DNA of 64,000 nt from Mayamaea pseudoterrestris (Eukaryota): contig BROI01000008.1 in assembly GCA_027923505.1 (NCBI GenBank), positions 744,001 through 808,000 on the forward strand, written 5' to 3'. The notes under the pieces were generated by a model. It was not told the origin of the DNA, made no database searches, and worked only from the letters and a program-made list of their open reading frames with translations. The position numbers and the translations under genes were made by a program. Within the stretch, counting starts at the first letter, position 1. The number at the start of each line of letters is the position of its first letter. Shown piece after piece: positions 24,201 to 36,400 of the stretch.

Positions 24201-27200
24201 GCCAACATCATTATTCAGGCTGCACTACAAGATGGAAAGCTTGGCTGGTGTCTCAGGGGATGGCAATGTATTTGGTGACAACTTGTCACCAGTCTCAGCC
24301 CGCAGATGCCATGACATTCAGACGCCCCTACAGCAAGCCCTGCAGGTGCCCAAATTACACCAGAATGGTGCCAATATCATTATTCAGGCTGCGCTACAAG
24401 ATGGAAAGCTTGGCTGGTGTCTCAGGGGATGGCAACGTATTTGGTGACAACTTGTCACCAGTCTCAGCCCGCAGATGCCATGAGATTCAGACGCCCCTAC
24501 AGCAAGCCATGTATACACCCAAATCACACCAGAATGGTGCCAACATCATTATTCAGGCTGCACTACAAGATGGAAAGCTTGGCTGGTGTCTCAGGGGATG
24601 GCAATGTATTTGGTGACAACTTGTCACCAGTCTCAGCCCGCAGATGCCATAAAGTTCAAACGCCCCTACAGCAAGCCCTGTAGGTGCCCTAATTACACCA
24701 GAATGGTGCCAACATCATTATTCAGGATGCGCTACAAGATGGTAGGCTTGTCTGGTGTCTCAGGGGATGGCAATGTATTTGGTGACAACTTGTCACCAGT
24801 CTCAGCCCGCAGATGCCATGACATTCAAACATCCCTACAGCAAGCCCTGTAGGTGCCCAAATTACACCAGAATGGTGCCAACATCATTGTTTAGGCTGCG
24901 CTACAAGATGGTAGGCTTGGCTGGTGTCTCAGGGGATGGCAATGTATTTGGTGACAACTTGTCACCAGTCTCAGCCAGCAGATGCCATGACATTCAGATG
25001 CCCCTACAGCAAGCCCTGTAGGTGCCCAAATTACAACAGAATGGTGCCAACATCATTATTCAGGCTGCGCTACAAGATGGAAAGCTTGGCTGGTGTCTCA
25101 GGGGTGCCGTCTCAGCCAAGATTACACGCAGAAGCCATGTATACACCCAAATCACACCAGAATGGTGCCAACATCATTATTCAGGCTGCACTACAAGATG
25201 GAAAGCTTGGCTGGTGTCTCAGGGGATGGCAATGTATTTGGTGACAACTTGTCACCAGTCTCAGCCCGCAGATGCCATAAAGTTCAAACGCCCCTACAGC
25301 AAGCCCTGTAGGTGCCCTAATTACACCAGAATGGTGCCAACATCAATATTCAGGCTGCACTACGAGATGGAAAGCTTGGCTGGTGTCTCAGGGGATGGCA
25401 ATGTATTTGGTGACAACTTGTCACCAGTCTCAGCCTGCAGATGCTCACGTGACATTCAAACGCCCCTACTGCAAGCCCTATAGGTGCCCAAATTACACCA
25501 GATATGGTGCCAACATCATTATTCAGGCTGCGCTACAAGATGGTAGGCTTGGCTGGTGTCTCAGGGGATGGCAATGTATTTGGTGACAACTTGTCACCAG
25601 TCTCAGCCAGCAGATGCCGTGACATTCAGGCGCCCCTACAGCAAGCCCTGTAGGTGCCCAAATTACACCGGAATGGTGCCAACATCATTATTCAGGCTGC
25701 GCTAGAAGATGGTATGCTTGGCTGGTGTCTCAGGGGTTGTATGGCAATGTATTTGGTGACAACTTGTCACCAGTCTCAGCCCGCAGATGCCATGACAGAC
25801 AAACGCACCTACAGCAAGCCCTGTAGGTGCCCAAATTACACCAGAACGGTGCCAACATCATTATGCAGGCTGCACTACAAGATGGTAGGCTTGGCTGGTG
25901 TCTCAGGGGATGGCAATGTATTTGGTGACAACTTGTCACCAGTCTCAGCCAGCAGATGCCATGACCTTCAAACGCCTCTACAGCAAGCCCTGTAGGTGCC
26001 CAAATTACACCAGAACGGTGCCAACATCATTATTCAGGCTGCACTACAAGATGGTAGGCTTGGCTGGTGTCTCAGGGGGTGGCAATGTATTTGGTGACAA
26101 CTTGTCACCAGTCTCAGCCAGCAGATGCCGTGACCTTCAAACGCCCCTACAGCAAGCCCTGTAGGGGCCCAAATTACACCAGAATGGTGCCAACATCATT
26201 ATTCAGGCTGCGCCACAAGATGGTAGGCTTGGCTGGTGTCTCAGGGGTTGTATGGCAGTGTATTTGGTGACAACTTGTCACCAGTCTCAGCCAGCAGATG
26301 CCATGACATTCAGACGCCCCTACAGCAAGCCCTGTAGGTGCCCAAATTACACCAGAATGGTGCCAACATTTTTGTTTAGGCTGCGCTACAAGATGGTAGG
26401 CTTGGCTGGTGTCTCAGGGGATGGCAATGTATTTGGTGACAACTTGTCACCAGTCTCAGCCAGCAGATGCCATGACATTCAGACACCCCTACAGCAAGCC
26501 CTGTAGCTGCCCAAATTACACCAGAATGGTGCCAACATCATTATTCAGGCTGCACTACAAGATGGAAAGCTTGGCTGGTGTCTCAGGGGATGGCAATGTA
26601 TTTGGTGACAACTTGTCACCAGTCTCAGCCAGCAGATGCCATGACATTCAGACGCCCCTACAGCAAGCCCTGTAGGTGCCCAAATTACACCAGAATGGTG
26701 CCAACATCATTATTCAAGCTGCACTACAAGATGGAAAGCTTGGCTGGTGTCTCTGGTGATGGCAATGTATTTGGTGACAACTTGTCACCAGTCTCAGCCC
26801 GCAGATGCCATGACATTCAAACGCCCCTACAGCAAGCCCTGTAGGTGCCCAAATTACACCAGAATGGTGCCAACATCATTATTCAGGCTGCACTATAAGA
26901 TGGAAAGCTTGGCTGGTGTCTCAGGGGATGGCAATGTATTTGGTGACAACTTGTCACCAGTCTCAGCCAGCAGATGCTCACGTGACATTCAAACGCCCCT
27001 ACAGCAAGCCCTGTAGGTGCCCAAATTACACCAGAATGGTGCCAACATCATTATTCAGGCTGCACTACAAGATGGAAAGCTTGGCTGGTGTCTCAGGGGA
27101 TGGCAATGTATTTGGTGACAACTTGTCACCAGTCTCAGCCCGCAGATGCCATGACATTCAGACGCCCCTACAGCAAGCCCAGTAGGTGCCCAAATTACAC

Positions 27201-30102
27201 CAGAATGGTGCCAACATCATTATTCAGGCTGCACTACAAGATGGAAAGCTTGGCTGGTGTCTCAGTGGATGGCAATGTATTTGGTGACAACTTGTCACCA
27301 GTCTCAGCCGGCAGATGCCATGACATTCAAACGCCCCTACAGCAAGCCCTGTAGGTGCCCAAATTACACCAGAATGGTGCCAACATCATTATTCAGGCTG
27401 CACTACAAGATGGTATGCTTGGCTGGTGTCTCAGGGGATGGCAATGTTTTTGGTGACAACTTGTCACCAGTCTCAGCCTGCAGATGCCATGACATTCAAA
27501 CACCCCTACAGCAAGCCCAGTAGGTGCCCAAATTACACCAGAATGGTGCCAACATCATTATTCAGGCTGCACTACAAGATGGAAAGCTTGGCTGGTGTCT
27601 CAGGGGATGGCAATGTATTTGGTGACAACTTGTCACCAGTCTCAGCCGGCAGATGCCATGACATTCAAACGCCCCTACAGCAAGCCCTGTAGGTGCCCAA
27701 ATTACACCAGAATGGTGCCAACATCATTATTCAGGCTGCACTACAAGATGGTATGCTTGGCTGGTGTCTCAGGGGATGGCAATGTTTTTGGTGACAACTT
27801 GTCACCAGTCTCAGCCTGCAGATGCCATGACATTCAAACACCCCTACAGCAAGCCCAGTAGGTGCCCAAATTACACCAGAATGGTGCCAACATCATTATT
27901 CAGGCTGCACTACAAGATGGAAAGCTTGGCTGGTGTCTCAGTGGATGGCAATGTATTTGGTGACAACTTGTCACCAGTCTCAGCCGGCAGATGCCATGAC
28001 ATTCAAACGCCCCTACAGCAAGCCCTGTAGGTGCCCAAATTACACCAGAATGGTGCCAACATCATTATTCAGGCTGCACTACAAGATGGTAGGCTTGGCT
28101 GGTGTCTCAGTGGATGGCAATGTATTTGGTGACAACTTGTCACCAGTCTCAGCCGGCAGATGCCATGACATTCAAACGCCCCTACAGCAAGCCCTGTAGG
28201 TGCCCAAATTACACCAGAATGGTGCCAACATCATTATTCAGGCTGCACTACAAGATGGTATGCTTGGCTGGTGTCTCAGGGGATGGCAATGTTTTTGGTG
28301 ACAACTTGTCACCAGTCTCAGCCTGCAGATGCCGTGACCTTCAAACGCCCCTACAGCAAGCCCAGTAGGTGCCCAAATTACACCAGAATGGTGCCAACAT
28401 CATTATTCAGGCTGCACTACAAGATGGAAAGCTTGGCTGGTGTCTCAGTGGATGGCAATGTATTTGGTGACAACTTGTCACCAGTCTCAGCCGGCAGATG
28501 CCATGACATTCAAACGCCCCTACAGCAAGCCCTGTAGGTGCCCAAATTACACCAGAATGGTGCCAACATCATTATTCAGGCTGCACTACAAGATGGATAG
28601 CTTGGCTGGTGTCTCAGGGGATGGCAATGTATTTGGTGACAACTTGTCACCAGTCTCAGCCAGCAGATGCCGTGACCTTCAAACGCCCCTACAGCAAGCC
28701 CTGTAGGTGCCCAAATTACACCAGAATGGTGCCAACATCATTGTTTAGGCGGCGCTACAAGATGGTAGGCTTAGCTGGTGTCTCAGGGGATGGCAATGTA
28801 TTTGGTGACAACTTGTCACCAGTCTCAGCCAGCAGATGCCATGACATTTAGACGCCCCTACAGCAAGCCCTGTAGGTGCCCAAATTACACCAGAATGGTG
28901 CCAACATCATTATTCAGGCTGCACTACAAGATGGAAAGCTTGGCTGGTGTCTCAGGGGATGGCAATGTATTTGGTGACAACTTGTCACCGGTCTCAGCCC
29001 ACAGATGCCAGCCCCTACAGCAAGCCCTGTAGGTGCCCAAATTACACCAGAACGGTGCTAACATCATTATTCAGGCTGCACTACAAGATGCCAAGCTTGG
29101 CTGGTGTCTCAGGGGATGGCAATGTTTTTGGTGACAACTTGTCACCAGTCTCAGCCAGCAGATGCCGTGACCTTCAAATGCCCCTACAGCAAGCCCTGTA
29201 GGTGCCCAAATTACACCAGAACGGTGCCAACATCACGATTTAGGCTGCGCTACAAGATGGTAGGCTTGGCTGGTGTCTCAGGGGTTGTATGGCAATGTAT
29301 TTGGGGACAACTTGTCACCAGTCTCAGCCTGCAGATGCCATGACATTCAGATGCGCCTACAGCAAACCCTGTAGGTGCCCAAATTACAACAAAATGGTGC
29401 CAACATCATTATTCAGGCTGCACTACAAGATGGAAAGCTTGGCTGGTGTCTCAGGGGATGGCAATGTATTTGGTGACAACTTGTCACCAGTCTCAGCCAG
29501 CAGATGCCATGACCTTCAAATGCCCCTACAGCAAGCCCTGTAGGTGCCCAAATTACACCAGAACAGTGCCAACATCATTATTCAGGCTGCGCTACAAGAT
29601 GGTAGGTTTGGCTGGTGTCTCAGGGGTTGTATGGCAATGTATTTGGTGACAACTTGTCACCAGTCTCAGCCCACAGATGCCATGACATTCAGATGCACCT
29701 ACAGCAAACCCTGTAGGTGCCCAAAATACACCAAAATGGTGCCAACATCATTATTCAGGCTGCACTACAAGATGGATAGCTTGGCTGGTGTCTCAGGGGA
29801 TGGCAATGTATTTGGTGACAACTTGTCACCAGTCTCAGCCAGCAGATGCCATGACCTTCAAACGCCCCTACAGCAAGCCCTGTATGGGGCCCAAATTACA
29901 CCAGAATGGTGACAACATCATTATTCAGGCTGCACTACAAGATGGTAGGCTTGGCTGGTGTCTCAGGGGATGGCAATGTATTTGGTGACAACTTGTCACC
30001 AGTCTCAGCTAGCAGATGCCATGACATTCAGATGCCCCTACAGCAAGCCCTGTAGGTGCCCAAATTACACCAGAATGGTGCCAACATCATTATTCAGGCT
30101 GC
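21209..30102. repeat. 169-bp tandem satellite, block 2 (about 53 monomers)
   Basis: Same monomer and orientation as block 1; resumes in phase after the CAGGG TSD. Confidence 0.98.
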
Positions 30103-30842
30103 TCCCAAGGCAGTCTCCCAACAAGGTCGGCAAGTCTAACCAAAGGAATGGGAGGCAACCCAATCAACATCGGCATGTGGTCTGCCCATTGTCGGTAGCT
30201 GTTCCCATTCTCCCCCCGCACCACTGATGACATGACTATCGATCACAGTGTACTCATAAGGTATCAATGGTGCCCCACAGCAGGCCCTCGTAGCCGGAAC
30301 AATCATCAGAATGCGTGCCACTTCATTCTTCGGCTGTTCCTACTCGCACGCCTGGCTGCGCCCGGCCAGCTGCCCAAAAGTTGGCAGCGATGTATTTGGT
30401 GCAACTATGGACCAGTCAACTCCCCAGTCCATGACATCAACCACTTCAGCAGGCGACCTGTGAGGAGGATTCGCCACAACCCACACGAACAACAGCTTGC
30501 TGGGGGCAGTCACGCCACACAAACAAACAAGAAGCCGTGTGGCGAGAACCGCGGAAGAAAGGAAAGAGAAAGGAGAACGAGAAGACTCTGGATCTGGTGG
30601 AAAGACCCTGGAGGTTGCTCCTGATAAGGAGGAGCTAGCTAAAGACGAGGAGCGCACAAGCAGCCAGCCCGGAGGATGGCGACTCGGATGCAAACCTTTA
30701 GCTACAGTCTCGTAACCTATAAATCTCAACGATGCAGAAGAGTGTAACGTCTGCTAGTAGATGAGGTCTTGTATGACCCTCAAAGTAGAACGGCTCCCTG
30801 GATGGCCTTGAGCGTGAGGCGCCCAACTTCCTGGGAGCTTTC

Positions 30843-32600
30843 TCAAAGGTAATGCTGCACAGAAGGCGCTGACCATCTTAAACGGAAAGCAATCTCCTGT
30901 ATATCAAGGCCTGCGTTCTACAAAGCAACTGCCGCCATGACGCGATTGGAATGAGCCACTATGCGGGTCACATTTTGGCGCAGGAAATGTTGTGGGTTTG
31001 GGTATGCTCCAACCACCGCTGCTCGCATCACTTTGATGATATCCCGTGACTGTAGATAGTCATAACTCCCAGTGGAAGACGTTCGAAAGACACCCAAAGG
31101 CTCCTTGAATGGTTTGCTGTGAAGGCACCATGCGCGTCCAATGATGGACATACTTGCTGCGATGGGGCAAATGAATGGATGCCCGGACCATTTAAATTTT
31201 CGTATGGTGAAATTGGTTTGGCTCTTGTCATAGCGAAAGCGCAAGTGCAATTCAGCCTGTCATGTGTGATCAGGACGCTGTCAGCCGTGTAAAACATGAA
31301 ATCTAAATCAATGAATGCCAGCGGTTGGTTGGCCCATTCACCGGCATCCCTATTTGCTGGGACCTTGCTGAAGCATCCTCTACGTGCTGTAGTCTGTGCG
31401 TATTCATTTGCTCGCGAGCCAGTGAAAGCCCCAAGGCATGTCCAGTCGAAAACGGTGGTTTGTACGTCAAGATTTACTGTTGCGTTGGTGGCCGTCTCCT
31501 TTTTCAATGTGGCGTATATAGCAGGTATGCAACAGAAAGTAGTATCACTATGCCGTTAAAAGTAGCGCACCTCGGAATCGAACCAAGGATAACCGGCTAT
31601 ATCACCTCTAAACACGCTGCTACTTTTCCGTCTGCTAGTGTACTATATGCTGCATACAAGGCACCATGCACTATGACAAGTAAAGGTATCGCTCTGGTTG
31701 CTGTTTTTCGTGTGCAACCTGCTACTCCCCTAGCTTTGCGCGTCATAGTGCTAACTCGTCTTCCGTTTCAGCTGGCATTTTCGTCTCGCGGGGGAATGTC
31801 ACTTTTCAGTTTTTCCTGCGGCGTTTCGGGCTCGGCGCATCTTTGTGCACTCCCCAGGGTCCGCGACTCCCCATCGTTCGTTCGTGACAAACCCGTGCAA
31901 CCAGTGAATTTTTGCTTTTTCTTCGCTTGATTCGATCGCAACTCGAACCAGCAGCCTCAGTCCAGATCTCTCGATAGGGACGCTACCATAGCAGGTATGC
32001 AACAGAAAGTAGTATCACTATGCCGTTAAAAGTAGCGCACCTCGGAATCGAACCAAGGATAACCGGCTATATCACCTCTAAACACGCTGCTACTTTTCCG
32101 TCTGCTAGTGTACTATATGCTGCATACAAGGCACCATGCACTATGACAAGTAAAGGTATCGCTCTGGTTGCTGTTTTTCGTGTGCAACCTGCTATATAAG
32201 TACTCAAACATCTTGTTGGTGAATGGCTCGCGCTTCTCTCACGCCTTCTGCCACTTGCGCCGACTGGCCAGTATGTCGGCAAGCATTGGATGATATCCCT
32301 CCTTGCTTATATTTTGGATTGGAAATTTCCTGTTGAGGAACAACTCGAGGAGGGAGTGTGCTGCATTTAAGTAGCCCACCAATGTTTTCACCATCAATGG
32401 ATCTTGTTGGGCGCCGGCCTTCCCTTGGAGTTTCTTTTTGTCAATCTCAAGTGATGTTTTACCAGAGGCCACAGCAAACAAGTATCCCGCTAGGATCGCA
32501 ACTTCTTGCCCCGGTGAGACTTCCGCAAAAGACTTGTCTGTGAATCCTGCCTGGAGACTCCATCTTCCAAAATGCGAGGCTCTCTGATCAAACGCGCAAT
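30843..32600 (-). pseudogene. Tyrosine recombinase pseudogene
   Basis: Catalytic motifs TGSRANEY (R), RYDKS (K), AHSNRV (HxxR), FRLRWS (W) and QHYL (Y). In-frame stops at 32239, 30918 and 30843, a frameshift near 31255, and interruption by the TRIM. The 5' limit is approximate. Confidence 0.88.
31519..32194 (-). mobile_element. TRIM (miniature non-autonomous LTR retrotransposon), 676 bp
   Basis: Identical 206-bp LTRs (31519-31724 and 31989-32194) with 8-bp inverted ends TAGCAGGT/ACCTGCTA. PBS TGGTAGCGTCCC (31988-31977), PPT AGGGGAG (31731-31725) and 4-bp TSD TATA. Removing it restores the YR frame FEYLYATLKKE. Confidence 0.93.
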
Positions 32601-33022
32601 CGTTTCTGGCCCGTATGTCGCCTCGCTCGCGCTCCCATTGATCAGGGACAAGATCGTTGAAAGCAGCTCTCGCTCCACTAGGAAGATTTTGCAGGCTGCC
32701 AATGCCTGCGTGTCCTGTGAGATAACGGACGCCCACGACATTGTTGATGGAGTGAATCGAGAGAGTTGGTCGGCTTCCACAAGCGCCGAGGTGTTGTCTG
32801 ACAATACATTGAGAATGTGTTGTCGATCTCGAATGGCTGGTGTGTGGCAGATGGCACACAAAGACAGTACCACGTTTATGACAATGGCCACGAATTCCAA
32901 AATATTGATATGGTATTCATCCGTGACGAGCGGTCGTTGAGAAGGCTTGGTATTGAATTTGCGCATTTTGAATTTGCAGGTAGCCAAGTCCTCGTCATTC
33001 AAGCGCCACATAAAGAGCAAGG

Positions 33023-33335
33023 TTGCAGGATGCGAACGAAAACAGCGAAAATCGGGCAAGTCACACCGAATGTCCGATAGGGTGACACAGCGGCACTCGC
33101 GGCTCACCACAGCCTCACGATCGCGTGATGCGTGGCAGCGACGGCTTCGAAGCGATTCAACAAGTATATTGCTGAAACTAGTGCGATATAGAGTAGAAAC
33201 AAGCAGACTTACTAAGCTTGAAGAGTTAAGAAAGCGATTTATTCGTCTCTCGTATTGTAGCAACTGCAAGCTTGGATTGGCCATCCAAGGACAGCTACAA
33301 GCGAAAGGTGCAACGATTTGATTTACAAGTTACAA
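33023..33335 (+). repeat. 5' LTR of Copia B
   Basis: TTGCAGG...GTTACAA, identical by eye to 39295-39607 and 41434-41746; followed by GATTAACA. Confidence 0.93.
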
Positions 33336-33484
33336 GATTAACACTGTCTTGAGACTCATTGCCTCGGCATAGAGACTTTATCGACGAAGAGTACTATTGA
33401 TTTACGAAGTAACGTGGACGCACGTTGGTTCTTGGCCCGGAAAGTTCCGCAGGTGATAGCAAGAACATTGTCACGACGACAACG

Positions 33485-36400
33485 ATGGCGGAAACTCGCG
33501 CGCAGAAAGACGCGGCGTTTGCGCATGTTTACGAAGAGAACGTAGGCGTTTTCCAAGATCCTCAGTTCAAGGAGTTATTCGACGAACTCGGAGTAGAATC
33601 GCTTACGCAACTGATCGAGATGGAGTACGACGATTTCGCGACGAAGTGGAACGTCACGACGACGACAACGACGACGACTGACGATGGCGACAATGTCACG
33701 CAGGAAACGAGCGAACACTCGCTAACGAAGATGAAACAACGCACGATCACGAACGCGATCGAATGGTATTTGGCGCAAGAGTCGCCGGACATCAAGACAT
33801 GGTCGCAACTGACCACCGAAACGCTGGCGACGTTCGTCACAGCACGAGCGAAGGAACGAGTCCAAGCGCGCAACATTGCGAGCGTGGGCAGCGGAAGCGG
33901 AGCGAAACCTCCAGCGAAGGAAAGCGAAACGGAATCCAAGAAGGACGAATCCAAGGACTCCACGCTAACGAACGAAGGCGACGAGTCGAAGCCTGACTCG
34001 GCCGACAAGGTGCCACCGACGAGTGTGGACGTGGACACGAAGCAGTCACCGACATCCGTACTGGACCTCGGCGACGACGAAGACGACGAGAAGTATTCAG
34101 ACCAATTTACGAAGTCTATCAAGTTCTCGGCGAGGGATTGTAAAGAAATGAAGCTGGATTCCTCGTGGAAACAGTGGATTTCCGAGTTGAAAGTCATCGC
34201 TACATTGCATGACTTCCACGAAGTCTTTGACGACGATTATGACCCGAAGGAAAAGGGACCGAAAGAACAGAAGGCGTATGCAAAGAAGAATGTGTTTGTA
34301 TACAGGATCTTTCTCACGCACTGTCGAACTCCGTCTGCATCACTCGCAGTACAGCAGTTCAAGAAGACGATGGACGGACGCGAAGTCTACCAACGATTGC
34401 GAACGCGATACGAAGAAGGCGCTACTGCTCACATCGAGAAGGAACGCGCGCGAACGGAACTGCAGGGAATGCGGCTGACCGAGAAGTGGTCACGGCCGAC
34501 GATCGAATTTCTCGCACTGTTCTACAAGAAAGTCATCTGGCTGCTCGAAATGGACGCAGAAGCTCTGACAGGTTTACAACGATACGACATGCTACGCGAC
34601 GCTTTCTCCGAGCACACAGGATTCAGCGCATCACTAGCAGGTTTTGACGGAATGATTGCCATCAAGAAACACATGGGGCAACACGACTCGGAAGACAATT
34701 TCGCGCAGTTGTACGCGCACTTAGAAGAGTGCTGCATCAAGTATGACAAGAAACACCCATCGACGACGAAGACTAAGCGCACAATCAATCAAGCGCAGTC
34801 TAGTGGAACGAAAGGAGGCGGCGGCGGCAATGGCGGCGCGACTCCAAGCGGCTTATCGGCGGAACGATTTGCAGCGATCATGAAGAAACCTCACGCGAGC
34901 GTGAAGGATGAAGTCTGGTTGGAGATGAAGTTTGATCAGCGAAAGCAGTTGAAGGACAAGCGTGCGACGGCGCCCAAGACACCCGAAAACGGATGGCGAC
35001 CGCGCAACCAACGAGGCACGGCTACGACGCAGACGCAAGTCAACGCGGCGCATCAAGAGCGTCACGCGACGGAATCTGTAGCGAACGATCACGCAAGCGT
35101 TCCTGGCACGATTAATATTCAGCCCGGCAATAGTGGAATGTCAGTCCAAACGGCTGCACGATCGGTTCTGCAAGCGAACAATGCGAGTACTACAACTCAG
35201 CAAGTGACAGGATCGTTGACGACTGATAACACCGGACGAGGTACATTCAGCTTCAACATGCATCGTCGTATGCGCGTCAATCGCGCACACTACGAGCGGA
35301 TCAACGAAGGCGCGCTCATCGACAGCGGCGCGAACGGAGGCTTATGCGGAGGAGACATGCTCGTCGTTTCGGAAACGAACGCCGAGGTGGATGTGACTGG
35401 TATTGACGATCATATTGTCCCAGCTCTCAAGATTGGCACTGCAGCTGGACTGGCAAAGACCCTTAGTGGCGAAACCATTCTGCTTCTGTGTCACCAGTAT
35501 GCTTTAAAGCGAGACGGACCGACGATTCATTGCCCGAATCAATTGCGCGCAATGGGACATCGCGTCGACGATATTCCGACCATGTTTGGCGGAACGCAAC
35601 GAATTACGACGAACATTGGAGGCTACGTTTTGCCATTGGCAATTCGCGATGGCCTGGTGTACTTGGACGTGACGAAACCCACGTTCGATGATTTGGATAA
35701 GTATCCGACTGTCATCATGACGTCGGACGTGCCGTGGGACTCGACTGTTTACGATGTCGAGCACGCGCACGACGATTTCGACGAACGAGATCATGATTAT
35801 GGATCTTTCGACGAACGATTCGATGATGACGGTATCACGCACCGCAATCGTCACACGCCGACACGCACTGGCGACGAACTTGACGTACTGATCAATCGGT
35901 GCGTGCGACACGCTCAGTTTTCACGCGTTAATTTGCGGAAGCTAAGAAGCAAGGAACCGGACTATAATGCTCTTCGGCCGTACCTCGGATGGGTCCCGAC
36001 TGAGCGCGTTCAACAGACTTTACGTCACACGGAAGCATGGTATCATCTCAGCGCACACCCGCGATTACCATTTCGACACCTCACGAAATCACGATTTCCG
36101 GCCGCGAACGTTCAGCGGTTGCGCGAACTATTCGCCACGGACACGATACACTCTGACACGCCAGCTTTGGATGATGGAATTCTAGGGCATGGGGGAGCTA
36201 CTAAGATGCAGCTCTTTGTTGGACGAGAAAGTTTTTACACGCGCGGCTACCCGATGAAGTCGGAGAGCGAAATGTCAAACGCGTTAGAGGATTTTATCCG
36301 CGAAGTGGGCGCTCCTAACGGACTGCTCAGCGACAATGCCAAGTCGGAGACTGGCAAGGCTGTGAGGGATCTCTGTCGGATGTACAATATTCCTCAAGTG

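Larger units (their letters stand above)
30103..33022 (-). mobile_element. Decayed tyrosine-recombinase retrotransposon (DIRS/Ngaro-like), 3' part: RNase H, YR and trailer
   Basis: RNase H motifs FMWRL, HINILEFVAI, SDNTSAL and EADQLSR. An overlapping downstream frame encodes a tyrosine recombinase. Left boundary taken as the end of satellite similarity. Confidence 0.85.

Noticed and set aside
10617..30102. CRISPR-like array of regularly spaced palindromes
   Set aside because: The intervening sequence is repeated too, so there are no unique spacers; no cas genes; eukaryotic context.
30224..30790. Hammerhead ribozyme in the YR element trailer (CTGATGA near 30224; GGTC-loop-GACC hairpin near 30765)
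   Set aside because: No correctly placed GAAA core or closing stems found.
31563..31618. Bona fide tRNA gene
   Set aside because: Only 24 nt lie between the acceptor strand and T-arm, too short for D and anticodon arms. Kept only as a tRNA-like finding.
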